Origin: an uncultured Gemmatimonadales bacterium
GTDB lineage: Bacteria > Gemmatimonadota > Gemmatimonadetes > Gemmatimonadales > GWC2-71-9
Direction of reading: 5' to 3'
Length of the DNA: 64,000 nt
Assembly: GCA_963705985.1 (NCBI GenBank)
Contig: CAVPLK010000006.1
Span: forward strand, 115,022-179,021
In this document: piece after piece, positions 24,068-34,343 of the stretch
Position numbering within the stretch: position 1 is the stretch's first letter
How the letters are laid out: each line of letters opens with the position of its first letter
Notes under the pieces: generated by a model
Told to the model about the DNA's origin: nothing
The model's database searches: none
The model's input: only the letters and a program-made list of their open reading frames with translations
Program-made: the position numbers and the translations under genes

Positions 24068-24106
24068 GGCCGCGAATAATAACCGCCACGTGGCGCGCGG
24101 AACTTC

Positions 24107-24952
24107 TCAGGGAATCCTGGCGTTCGCTTCCCCCACCACGCGCTGGACCATCGGGTTGTCGGGGAATTGCTGTGTCAGGCGCTGCAGCACGGCGTGCGCC
24201 GAGTCGGGCTGTCCCATCACCACGTAGATCTCGCTCCGCAGCATGCCGGCCTGGAGGGCCATGCGGGCGTCGTCCGCCGGGACCTGCAGCTGCTCGAGCG
24301 ACGCCATCGCGGCGGCGGGGTCGTGCAGATCGATCAGTTGCGACCGGGCGGCGAGGAGCTGGACGCCGAAGTCGTCGGGCATCTGCCGAGCCAGTTCCTC
24401 GGTCAGCCGCGCCGCGTCGGCGGTGTCTCCCGCCTCACGCTCCACGCGCGCCCCGTGGAAGAGCCCGGCCACCAGGAGGTGCTTCACGTCGGCCGGATCG
24501 CCGGAGCGGGTGCCGATCCCACCGGCATAGCTGTAGACCACCTCTCCGCCATGCTCCGCCGCCTCGAACAAGAAGAAGGCGGCCACCACCCCGGTCGCCG
24601 CGGAGCCAACGAGGGCGAGGCGGCGCACCTTCTCCTTCTTCCCCATCGCCAGCGCGAGGATCTCGAACCCTGCCACGAGCAGAAAGAGGTTTCGCGCCCG
24701 CTCGCCCATCGCTTCGTGCTTCTGCACCGCCTCACGGGCACCCGGGATTCGCTCGGCCGGCCCGTGGGCTTCGTCCCCGGAGCGGGCCGCCAGCACGCCG
24801 GCGGCGGCGGCCGCCAACAGCGTCACGGTCGCCGCGGGACGGATCCACTCCAGTTTTACCATCAGCGAGAGGACGCGCAGCCCGACGCCCACGAAGCCGA
24901 GGACGACGATGAAGTGGACGATCTGCGGGTGGAATGAGGCGATGTTGGGCAT
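24107..24952 (-). CDS. DUF2231-like membrane protein with a TPR-like helical C-terminal domain
   Basis: The N terminus MPNIASFHPQIVHFIVVLGFVG matches the HPxxVHFP signature of DUF2231. About 4 TM segments, then a helical soluble tail. Confidence 0.55.
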   Translation of the reverse strand: MPNIASFHPQIVHFIVVLGFVGVGLRVLSLMVKLEWIRPAATVTLLAAAAAGVLAARSGDEAHGPAERIPGAREAVQKHEAMGERARNLFLLVAGFEILALAMGKKEKVRRLALVGSAATGVVAAFFLFEAAEHGGEVVYSYAGGIGTRSGDPADVKHLLVAGLFHGARVEREAGDTADAARLTEELARQMPDDFGVQLLAARSQLIDLHDPAAAMASLEQLQVPADDARMALQAGMLRSEIYVVMGQPDSAHAVLQRLTQQFPDNPMVQRVVGEANARIP

Positions 24953-25050
24953 CTGGGCCTGCCGGGAAATGGAGGGCGTGGGTGGTCTCGTTGAACCGCT
25001 GCAGAATCATAGGCCCGCTGGAAGCGGGGTGGAAGCCGACGCCTGCGGGC

Positions 25051-25948
25051 TCAGCCGCCGAGCGCCCGCCGGTAGGCCTCTACGGTCTGGCGGGCGGCGC
25101 GCTCCCAGGTAAAGGTCGCAGCGCGTGCGATGCCGGACTGCGCGAGGGAGGCGCGGCGCACCGGATCGTCGAGGAGTCCGCGGATGGCACCGGCCCATGC
25201 GGCGATCACCGGGCACCCCGCCCCCATTGCCTCCAGCACCGGGAACCCGAATCCCTCGAAATAGGAGGGGAATACGAACAGGTCGGCCGCGGCATAGGTG
25301 GCGATCAGCTGTTCCTCCGACAGGCCAGACAGGTACCGCGGGTGGTGCTCGAGCCCGTGGCGAGCGATCCGCTTGCGGGTCCGTGCGCTCGTCCCCGCCG
25401 ACCTTGACGAGCGATGCCATCGCGTCGAGGACCGTCTCCACGTTCTTGCGCCGTTCCTCGCTTCCCACCTGGAGCAGGACCGGCTGACCCGGCTCCAGTC
25501 CGAGCGTGGCGCGGCTGGCGTCGCGGTCGCGCGGCGCGAACGCCGGACACACGGCGTGGTAGCATCACGCTGGTCCGTGATTCCGGGTAGTCGTAGGCCG
25601 AGAGGAAATCCTGGCGGGAATACGCCGAAGCTCAGCTCAGCCCCTGAGCCCGCTGGGACGCGCCGGGGAAAGTGGTAGTGGGAGTTGAGAAGGGAGGCGG
25701 TGCCGGAGATCCGGTTCGCTTGGCCCATCGGGGCCGCGGCTGGACGAGAATCGTCGAATCGCCGCCTCCTCCGCCGCCGCACGCCAGGACTCGAGGTCCA
25801 TGCGTCCCGGCATGTTCTGGAGGAGCAGGTCGACCTGGCATGGGGACGGATCGAGCGCGCGGAGGGCGTGATCGAGTTCCCAGGCGTAACGACCGATGCC
25901 CCCGCGTGGGGGGTGATCGTTGACCGGCAGGATGCGGGGGAGCGTCAC
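25051..25948 (-). pseudogene. GT4 (family 1 fold) glycosyltransferase, disrupted by several frameshifts and stops
   Basis: GT4-like pieces lie in three frames. These are GGIGRYAWEL (N terminus), YDYPESR.., HAVCPAFAPRDRDASRATLGLEPGQPVLLQVGSEERRKNVETVL, and the C terminus LSEEQLIATYAAADLFVFPSYFEGFGFPVLEAMGAGCPVI. Frame changes are near 25381 and 25561, with more upstream. Confidence 0.65.
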
Positions 25949-25982
25949 CTGAAACGAATGTGGGCGGTGCGTGCGCAGGCCG

Positions 25983-26873
25983 TCACCCGGCTGCCTCCGG
26001 CTGCTTCACCGCGCGCCCGACGAGGATGGTGATGTTGTCGCTGCCGCCGTCCGCCAGCGCGTCCTCCAGCAACTGCTCACAGACTTGCTGGGCCGAGGTC
26101 ATGGCGCGCAGCCGTTCCGCAATCTTGTCGTCGGACACGTGCTTGGTCAGGCCGTCGCTGCAGAGCAGGAAGATCTGGTTCCAGACGCTTTCGACCCGGG
26201 TCACGACGGGCGCCGTCTGGTGTCCGCCGATCGCGCTCGACAGCACATGCGCCCAGCGGGTGCGCGGCGCGTCGGCGCGGGTCAGGACGCCCTGGTCGAC
26301 CAGCTCCTGGGCCATCGTCTGGTCGCGCGTGATTTGTGTCAGCACGCCGTCCCGCATGAGGTAGCACCGGCTGTCACCGAGCTGGAGGAGGTACGCCCAG
26401 GGCCACACCCCAAGGAACAGGGTGAGGGTGGTGGCCATGTTCCGGCCGCTGGGGTCGGACTTGGCCCGCTCGACCACCCGTGCGTGGGTCTGCATGGCGG
26501 CGTCCTGGAGCGCCTGGGCGAACCCCTGGTCGGACGCCGCATCGGCGGTGTAGTAGGCCCGCATGCTCTGCGCGACATATTCCGTAATGCCTTCGACCGC
26601 GAGGCGGCTCGCTTCCTCGCCGTGAGCGCTCCCGCCCACCCCGTCGGCGACCATGGCGAGGAAGGCGAGCCGTTCCGCCGCCGGCCAGCGACTTCCGTCC
26701 GGCAGGCTGGTGCGATGGATCTGGACCTGCCGCTTCAGCGAGGCGATCAAGAAGTGGTCCTGGTTCGCCTTGCGCACGCTCCCGGCATGGGTCAGGCCGA
26801 AAACATCGACCTCCTCATCGGTGGGTTTGCGCGTCGGGGAGGTCCCCGGCGGCGGATTCTCTGCTGGACTCAT
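25983..26873 (-). CDS. PP2C-family Ser/Thr protein phosphatase
   Basis: GLTHAGSVRKANQDHF.., VADGVGG, LCSDGLT and GGSDNITILV. ATG 26873 is preceded by GGGGAGG. The listed GTG 26894 is an alternative start. Confidence 0.85.
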   Translation of the reverse strand: MSPAENPPPGTSPTRKPTDEEVDVFGLTHAGSVRKANQDHFLIASLKRQVQIHRTSLPDGSRWPAAERLAFLAMVADGVGGSAHGEEASRLAVEGITEYVAQSMRAYYTADAASDQGFAQALQDAAMQTHARVVERAKSDPSGRNMATTLTLFLGVWPWAYLLQLGDSRCYLMRDGVLTQITRDQTMAQELVDQGVLTRADAPRTRWAHVLSSAIGGHQTAPVVTRVESVWNQIFLLCSDGLTKHVSDDKIAERLRAMTSAQQVCEQLLEDALADGGSDNITILVGRAVKQPEAAG

Positions 26874-26894
26874 CGGACCTCCCCGTCCGTTCAC

Positions 26895-29138
26895 CTATGG
26901 GGTGCCGCCGACCGCGGCCACCCCGCCCCCGATGGTCCGTGCGAGGAACCGGTCGGTGACTTCCTGGATCATCCGGAAGCTCGGAAAATTGTACGCGGCG
27001 CCATGGCGGCCCGGCGGGTAGATCCGCAGCTCGGCGTCGACGCCGGCATCGGTCGCCGCGGTGAGGAACTGCATCGTGTTCACCGGGTGCACGTTGTCGT
27101 CCATCATCGAGTGAATGACCAGGAGCTTCGCCTTGATCCGGCCGGCCCGCGGGTTGACGGCGGCGCTGTCGTAGCCGGCGGCGTTGTCCGGGAGCACGTC
27201 CATGTAGCGCTCGGCGTAAATTGTGTCGTACAACCGCCAGTCGGAAACCGCCGAGTTGGCGACCCCTGCGGCGAACACCTCCGGATAGGCCGCCAGGGTG
27301 TAGAGGACACTGTAGCCGCCGTAGCTGGTGCCCTCGATGGCAATCCGGCCGCCGTCCACGTATGGCTGCGTGGCCAGCCATCGTGCGACCTCCGCAAAAT
27401 CCATCGCCTCGTACTTGCCGAGGTGCTGGTACACCTGCTTCATAAACGCGCTGCCATAGTTGTTCGAGCCGCGGTTGTTCAAGCCGACCACGAGATACCC
27501 CTGCTGCGCCCGCCACTGGTCCATGCCGTTGGAGGCGAAGCGGTCGTACACCTGCTGGGAGCCGGGCCCGCCGTAGATGGCCAGGATGACCGGGTACTTC
27601 CTCGCCGGGTCAAAATTCGGCGGCTTGATCATCGAGCCGTCGAGCCGCTGGCCATCGGAGGTGGTGAACTGGAAGAGCTCGACCGGCGAGTAGGCATGGC
27701 CGGCCAGCCAGGTCGTCACGCCGGCATTGTCTTCCAGCTGCTTCAGCTTCTTCCCGCCGGTGGCCCAGAGTTCGACCTGCCTCGGCTGGGAGCTGGAGGA
27801 CCAGCGGTCGATGTAGTACCGGGCGTTGGGGGCCATGTCGATGGCATGAGTGCCGGCCGTCGTGGTCAGCCGCCGTTTGCCCTTGCCGTCGAACCGGACG
27901 GCGTAGAGCTGCCGCTGCAGGGGCGAGGCCTCGGTCGAACTGAAGTAGATCATCTTGCCGACCGGGTCGGTGCCCTCGATGCGCGTCACCGTGTAGGCGC
28001 CGCTGGTGACCTGGTTGATCAGCTTCCCCGAGTAGTCGTAGCGGTAGATATGCTGCCAGCCGTCCTGGTCCGAAGTCCAGAAAAACTCCCGGCTGCCGGC
28101 CGGAAAGGTCATCAAGTCCTGGATGCCGGCATAGAAGTCGTAGACGTCGAGCCAGGTGTCGCTGCTCCAGGTCCGCACCAGCCTGCTCCCGGCATCGTTC
28201 ACGTTGAAGAAAAGGAGCCGGAGGGTGTTCTGTTTCCGGTTCAGTTCGAGCACCGCCAGCGTATCGGGCGCGCTGGTCCAGTAGATCCGCGGGATGTAGA
28301 AATCACCGCTGGCCTTGGTGTCCAGCCAGACCTGCCTGCCGGTGGCGACGTTCACGACGCCGATGCGCACCGTCGGGTTGGAATCGCCGGGCTGGGGGAT
28401 GCGCAGCTTGTCCCACTCCGGATGGGCCCCCGCATAATTGGACAGCTGGATGATCGGCTCGGCGCTCTCGTCGACTTGCCAGAAGGCCATGTGCCTGCTG
28501 TCCGGCGACCAGTTCCAGGCCTGGGCCATGCCGAACTCCTCCTCGTACACCCAGTCGAAACGCCCGTTGTGCAGGGTCTCGGTGGCGCCCGTGGTCAGTC
28601 GCTTGTCGGTGTTGGTCGTCAAGTCGCGGACGTACAGGTCGCCGCCGAGCTCATAGCCGAAGCGGGCGCCGTCGGGGGAGAGCTCCCCGGTCTGCGCCCC
28701 CTGCGCGGCGAGTTGCATCGACCGGTCGGCGAGCGAGTACACGAAGTAGTCGGACGTGCCGGACCGGCGGTAGATCTGCTTGAACCGCGTCTGGAACACG
28801 AGGTGCTTCGAGTCCTGGGCGAACTGGAACGACTGGTAGCTGAACGGGGCGGCGGTGTCCGGAAACATCATGCCCTTGGCCGAAAAGAGCAGCGTGTCGC
28901 CGCCGCTCGCCGGGTCGGTCGCGCGGATTTCCTCGCCGTCCGCTCCCCGCGTGGTGTAGGAATAGCGATTACCGCCGTCGATCCAGTTCACGCTCCGGGG
29001 GCCGGAGCGACCGGACATCGCGCCGGACGCCTGCAGCGCCTCCGTCACGTTCGCGAAGGTCTTCTTGTCCTGGGCCAGACTCGGGGAGGCGAGCAGGGCG
29101 GCGGCGAGCAGGGCGAGCAGCGGGATGCGGATGCGCAT
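26895..29138 (-). CDS. Dipeptidyl-peptidase IV / S9B family serine peptidase, secreted
   Basis: Signal MRIRIPLLALLAAALLASPSLAQ at ATG 29138. DPP-IV N-terminal propeller-like region. Catalytic contexts GTSYGGY (Ser), DDNVH (Asp) and GRHG (His). Confidence 0.85.
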   Translation of the reverse strand: MRIRIPLLALLAAALLASPSLAQDKKTFANVTEALQASGAMSGRSGPRSVNWIDGGNRYSYTTRGADGEEIRATDPASGGDTLLFSAKGMMFPDTAAPFSYQSFQFAQDSKHLVFQTRFKQIYRRSGTSDYFVYSLADRSMQLAAQGAQTGELSPDGARFGYELGGDLYVRDLTTNTDKRLTTGATETLHNGRFDWVYEEEFGMAQAWNWSPDSRHMAFWQVDESAEPIIQLSNYAGAHPEWDKLRIPQPGDSNPTVRIGVVNVATGRQVWLDTKASGDFYIPRIYWTSAPDTLAVLELNRKQNTLRLLFFNVNDAGSRLVRTWSSDTWLDVYDFYAGIQDLMTFPAGSREFFWTSDQDGWQHIYRYDYSGKLINQVTSGAYTVTRIEGTDPVGKMIYFSSTEASPLQRQLYAVRFDGKGKRRLTTTAGTHAIDMAPNARYYIDRWSSSSQPRQVELWATGGKKLKQLEDNAGVTTWLAGHAYSPVELFQFTTSDGQRLDGSMIKPPNFDPARKYPVILAIYGGPGSQQVYDRFASNGMDQWRAQQGYLVVGLNNRGSNNYGSAFMKQVYQHLGKYEAMDFAEVARWLATQPYVDGGRIAIEGTSYGGYSVLYTLAAYPEVFAAGVANSAVSDWRLYDTIYAERYMDVLPDNAAGYDSAAVNPRAGRIKAKLLVIHSMMDDNVHPVNTMQFLTAATDAGVDAELRIYPPGRHGAAYNFPSFRMIQEVTDRFLARTIGGGVAAVGGTP

Positions 29139-29327
29139 CGTGGTCCAAGTCCTGTGAAGAGGGGAAGGAAGGTGACCCTGAAGGTATGCGTGCAGGGAGG
29201 TTGTGCAATACAGGTTCCGGAAGATGCCCCGGGCAGGGGGCGGCCGCCACGGCTCACGGGTTGTCATATATTATTGCTATCCCGCTCGAACCTGTCTTGC
29301 GGTCCGGGCCCATCGTCAGGGAGCTGT

Positions 29328-30332
29328 ATGCCCCCCAGTCCAGCCCGCCCCGGCACGACGCCGGCGGATTTCCCGATCGCCGTGCACTCCCGGAACCCCG
29401 GGATGCCCTTGGACCTCTCCTGGGTCCGGGCCGTCCGTGCCAATCGGAGCGCCGTCGAACGCCGGGCGGCCACGATCCCCAAGCGCCGGACCGTCAAGAA
29501 GGAATACCAGGCGGCCTGGCTCCTCCGCGCCATCACGCTGATGGATCTCACCACCCTTCAGGGTGACGACACCCCCGCCCGTGTGCGCCGGCTCTGCGCC
29601 AAGGCCCGTGCACCGGTTCGGGAGGACCTCCTCGCGGCCCTCGGGGCGGAAGGCCTCGGCATCCGGGTGGCGGCGGTCTGTGTGTATCACGGCCTGGTCC
29701 CGGCGGCCGTCGAGGCACTCCGGGGGACGGGCATTCCGGTCGCGGCTGTTTCCACCGGGTTTCCGGCTGGGTTGAGCCCGTTCGCCCAGCGTGTCGCGGA
29801 GATTCGCGCCTCGGTGGAGGCGGGCGCGGACGAGATCGATGTGGTGATCACCCGCGGGCACGTGCTGTCCGGCGAATGGCAGGCGTTGTACGACGAGGTC
29901 AGGACCTTTCGGGATGCCTGTGGCGACGCCCACATCAAGGTCATCCTCGGCACGGGCGAACTCGGCACCCTCCGCAACGTGGCGCGGGCCAGCGTGGTGG
30001 CGATGATGGCCGGCGCTGATTTTATCAAGACCTCCACCGGCAAGGAGCCGGTCAACGCGACCCTGCCAGTGGGCCTGGTGATGGTCCGCGCCATCCGCGA
30101 CTACCTCGAGCGCACCGGCCACCGCGTCGGATTCAAGCCGGCCGGCGGCATCCGCACGGCGAAAGACTCGCTGGACTGGCTCGCGATGATGAAGGACGAA
30201 CTGGGGGAACCCTGGCTCCGCCCGGAACTCTTCCGGTTCGGGGCGAGCGGACTACTGACCGACATCGAACGGCAACTCGAATTCTTCGTAACCGGCCGGT
30301 ACTCGGCGGCGCACCGTCACCCGATGGCCTAG
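29328..30332 (+). CDS. deoC: Deoxyribose-phosphate aldolase (long form)
   Basis: This is the C-terminal ~310 aa of the artefactual 1453-aa ORF. Motifs: MDLTTLQGDDT, VAAVCVY, EIDVVI, and Schiff-base lysine context DFIKTSTGK. The start is ATG 29328 (GGGAG 5 nt upstream) or ATG 29403. Confidence 0.85.
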   Translation: MPPSPARPGTTPADFPIAVHSRNPGMPLDLSWVRAVRANRSAVERRAATIPKRRTVKKEYQAAWLLRAITLMDLTTLQGDDTPARVRRLCAKARAPVREDLLAALGAEGLGIRVAAVCVYHGLVPAAVEALRGTGIPVAAVSTGFPAGLSPFAQRVAEIRASVEAGADEIDVVITRGHVLSGEWQALYDEVRTFRDACGDAHIKVILGTGELGTLRNVARASVVAMMAGADFIKTSTGKEPVNATLPVGLVMVRAIRDYLERTGHRVGFKPAGGIRTAKDSLDWLAMMKDELGEPWLRPELFRFGASGLLTDIERQLEFFVTGRYSAAHRHPMA

Positions 30333-30361
30333 CGCTCACTGGCTGACGACAAGGACTTCCC

Positions 30362-32762
30362 ATGACCACGATTCCCGAAATCTTCGCCTCGATGGCGTAC
30401 GGGCCCGCTCCCGAGTCCGCCAAGCCGGCCGAGGAGTGGCTGGCCCGGCATGGGGGGAGCTTCGGCCTGTTCATCGGCGGTTCATGGACGGCGCCGGGCG
30501 AGCTGTTCGACACGGTCAACCCGGGGACGGGACGACGCCTCGCCGGCGTGACGCAGGCCACGGACGCCGATGTGGACCGGGCCGTTTCAGCGGCGCGTGC
30601 GGCCCAGCCGGGGTGGTGGGGGCTCGGCGGACACGGACGGGCCCGGCACCTCTATGCCCTCGCGCGCGCGGTGCAGCGGAACGCCCGATTGCTGTCGGTG
30701 GTGGAGTCACTCGACAACGGCAAGCCGATCCGCGAGTCTCGCGACATCGACATTCCGCTGGTGGCACGGCACTTCTATCACCACGCGGGCTGGGCCCAGC
30801 TGATGGATCGCGAGTTGCCGGGCATGGAGCCGGTGGGGGTCGCCGGGCAGATCATCCCCTGGAATTTTCCGATGCTGATGCTGGCATGGAAGATTGCGCC
30901 GGCGCTGGCCATGGGGAACACCGTGGTGCTCAAGCCGGCGGAGTTCACCTCCCTCACGGCCCTGCTCTTCGCCGAATTGTGCGAGGAGGCAGGGCTGCCG
31001 GCCGGCGTGGTCAACATCATCACCGGCGACGGCCGCACCGGCGCCGCGCTGGTGGCCCATCCCGGCGTCGACAAGATCGCGTTCACCGGCTCGACCGATG
31101 TGGGCCGCCTGATTCGCGTCGCCACCGCGGGGAGCGGCAAGAAGCTCTCGCTCGAACTCGGCGGGAAGTCGCCATTCATCGTGTTCGACGACGCCGACCT
31201 CGACAGCGTGGTGGAGGGGGTCGTGGACGCGATCTGGTTCAACCAGGGGCAGGTCTGCTGCGCGGGATCGCGCATCCTGGCCCAGGAGAGCATCGCGGCG
31301 ACACTGGAGGCACGGCTGAAGGCGCGGATGGAGACGCTCCGTGTCGGCGACCCGCTCGACAAGGCGGTGGACATCGGGGCGATCATTGCGCCGGTGCAGC
31401 TCGAGAAGATCCGCGAACTGGTGGCGAAGGGGGAGGAAGAAGGCGCCAAGAGGTGGCAGCCGTCATGGAGCTGTCCCACCGAGGGATACTTCTATCCCCC
31501 GACGCTCTTCACCGACGTGGCGCCCTCCGCGACGGTGGCCCAGGTCGAGATATTCGGGCCGGTCGTGGTGATGATGAGCTTCCGGACCCCGGCGGAGGCG
31601 GTCGAGCTCGCCAACAACACCCGGTACGGGCTGGCCGCGAGCGTGTGGACGGAAAACATCAACCTCGCGCTCGACATCGCGCCCAAGGTCAAGGCCGGCT
31701 CGGTCTGGATCAACTGCACGAATGTGTTCGACGCCGCCGCCGGGTTCGGTGGGTACCGCGAGAGCGGGTTCGGGCGCGAAGGGGGGAAGGAAGGGCTGTG
31801 GGAGTATGTGCGGGACAGCGGGGCAGGGAGGCAGCGGGGCAGGGGGGTGGCAACCGCCTACGCGCCTGCATCGCGCGCCACGTCCAAACTGCCCCGCCGC
31901 CCCGCGGCCCAGCCGCCGATCGACCGTACTCCCAAGCTCTACATTGGTGGCGCGCAGGTGCGCCCCGACTCCGGCTACAGCCTGCCCGTGCACGACGCCT
32001 CAGGCGCGGTGGCGGGGGAGGTGGGGCACGGCAACCGGAAGGACATCCGTAACGCGGTCGAGGCGGCCCACGCGGCGTGCGGCTGGGGCCGGGCGACGGC
32101 CCATCTCCGCGCCCAGGTCCTGTACTACATCGCCGAGAACCTGGACGCGCGCCGCGAAGAGTTCGTGACGCGACTCGTCCGTCTGACGGGGCGCACGAAA
32201 CGGCAGGGCCGCGAGGAAATCGATCTGTCGCTGTCGCGACTCTTCAGTTACGCCGCCTGGGCCGACAAGTGGGACGGGCGGGTACACCACACTCCGATCC
32301 GGAACGTGACCCTCGCGATGCCGGAGCCCATGGGTGTCATGGCGGTAGTGTGTCCGGAGGAGTGGCCGCTGCTCGGGTTCTTTTCCTCGGTGCTGCCCCC
32401 GCTTGCCATGGGCAACAGCGTGGTCGCCATCCCGTCGGAGCGCTGGCCGCTCCTCGCCACCGATCTCTACCAGGTGCTCGACACCTCCGACCTGCCCGGC
32501 GGCGCGCTCAACATCGTGACGGGGCCGCGCGAGGAACTGGCCGCCGTGCTGGCCGCGCACGACGACGTCGACGCGATGTGGTACTGGGGGTCGGCGCGAG
32601 GGCAGCGCCGAGGTGGAGCGGCTCTCGGCGGGGAACCTCAAGCAAACCTGGGTGGATCACGGCCGTGGTGTTCGCTGGGACGTTGCTGCGGAGGGGGAGG
32701 GGGAGCAGTTTCTCCGCCATGCCACCCAGATCAAGAACGTCTGGGTGCCGTACGGGGAGTAG
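30362..32762 (+). CDS. Fused double aldehyde dehydrogenase (catalytic ALDH plus a truncated non-catalytic ALDH-like domain) with a +1 frameshift near 32597
   Basis: Domain 1 has WNFP, ELGGKSP and the catalytic Cys context QGQVCCAGSR. Domain 2 (from about PKLYIGGAQVRPDSGYS) lacks these. After DAMWYWGSA the listed frame becomes non-proteinaceous. The +1 frame reads EGSAEVERLSAGNLKQTWVDHG..IKNVWVPYGE and stops at 32760-32762. The listed ORF runs to 32947. Confidence 0.75.
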
Positions 32763-34343
32763 TGCGCTTCCGGGGCTTGGGGGCCGGCGCGAGTGACGCG
32801 GTGATGGTGATTTTGCGGCCGAGGACCTTCTGCAGCACATCCGCCTTGCGGCGCGCCGCCCAGCCTTCGAGGGCCATGTTGGCGCCGGCGCGCTCGGGCG
32901 TGATCCGCAGCACCAGTTTCTTCCGCGTCCATTCCGCCGAGACCTGATCGACCACCGCGGTGTGCCCGCGATCGAGCCCGTCGGCGACCCGGAGCAGCCC
33001 GGTGACCCGGCGGACCAGCGCCTGGTCATCGGGCGGCAGGGCCGCAAAGGGAGGATCGGACTTCTTGGGCCCGCGGCGGCGGTGGTAGCGGCTGACCAGC
33101 GCCACGAGCGAGCGTTCGCGGGCGCCGAGGCCGATGCGGTCGGCGTGCATGATCAGCTGGTAGCTGTGGCGGTGGTGGCTCTTGTAACTCACGAGCTGCC
33201 CGACATCGTGCAGGATGCTGGCGGCCTCGAGGATGTGGCGTTCTTCCGGCGTGCACCCCACTGCCTCGCCGACCTGGTCCATCAGCGAGAGGGCGAGGAG
33301 GCGGACCTGCTCCACGTGCTGGCGGTCCGTGCGGCACCGGTCGGCGAACTCCCGCACCAGTTGCATCGGATCCACCGGCGGCGCCGCGGCGGTCGACGCG
33401 CCCACCATCTCCCACAGCAATCCCTCCCGCAAGCCATAGGCGCTGACCGTCACACTGCTGGCGTCGAGGCGTTCGAGCAGCGCGGCGATGACAGTCAGCC
33501 CGGCCAGGATGATGTCGGCCCGCTCCGGATTGAGCCCCGTGACGCTCCGGCGCTGCAGGGCGGTGCGCGTCGAGAGCCATTCCAGCAGGTGCTCCACCTC
33601 GGCCACCGTGACCTCGATGCCGTGCACCGGCTCGGTGGGGTCGCCGCCCCGCCGGGCCACCGCCATCCTGCCGAGGTTGGTGAAGGTCCCGCCCGATCCG
33701 ATGATCCGTGCGCCGGTCCACGCCCGCTTGGGCAGCTGCCGCGCGAGGCGCTTCCCGAGGTGCTTGCGGAGCGCGCCGACCTCGCGGTGCTGCGCCCGCG
33801 TGCCGGGGATGAACTGCTCGGTCAGCCGGACGGCGCCGTACGGCAGCGATCGGCTGAGCTCGACCAGGCCGTCGACGGCGCCGACCAGCTCGAGGCTCCC
33901 GCCGCCGATGTCGGCGATGAGGGCCTTGGTATTGTCGAGCCGGAAATGGTGGCGGACGGAGCGGTAGGAGAGCTGGGCCTCGTGTTCGGTGCTGATGATC
34001 TGGAGGGGGAGGCCGATCTCGTCGCGCACCCGGCGGACGAACTCGGCGCCGTTCTTCGCCTCGCGCACCGCGGCGGTGGCCACCGCCGCGATGCGGGTGG
34101 CGCCCCGCCGCCGGGCCACGTCCGCCATGCGGCGGAGTGCCGTGAGCGCGCGTTCGATGGCCTCGGGGTCGAGCCGCCCGGTGGCGGCGAGCCCCTGGGC
34201 CAGCCGGGGTTGGGCCTTGATCTCGTCGATCGGTGCCAGCCCGGTCGCCGGGTCGTAGGTCGGCGATCAGGAGCCGGATCGAGTTCGAGCCCACGTCGAT
34301 CGCGGCGAGTTTCGCTCGCGCCGCCCGGGCCCGCGCGTGTCAC
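32731..34343 (-). pseudogene. ppx: Exopolyphosphatase Ppx/GppA with HD domain, with two frameshifts in the first ~90 nt
   Basis: GTG 34343 overlaps the phoU stop (GTGA). The N terminus is split: [10 protein letters not shown] / KLAAIDVGSNSIRLLIAD / YDPATGLAPIDEIKAQPRLAQGL.. lie in three frames (shifts near 34313 and 34258). The remaining 465 aa are intact (DIGGGS, HD-domain HDVGQLVSYKSHHRHS). Confidence 0.75.

Noticed and set aside
25971-29327. The first ~1100 codons of the listed 1453-aa plus-strand ORF (25971..30332).
   Set aside because: This part is antisense to two well-supported genes (PP2C phosphatase and DPP-IV peptidase). Its translation is Arg/Gly/Pro/Val-rich low-complexity sequence, typical of the non-coding frame in high-GC DNA. 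Only the last ~330 codons (deoC) look like a real protein.
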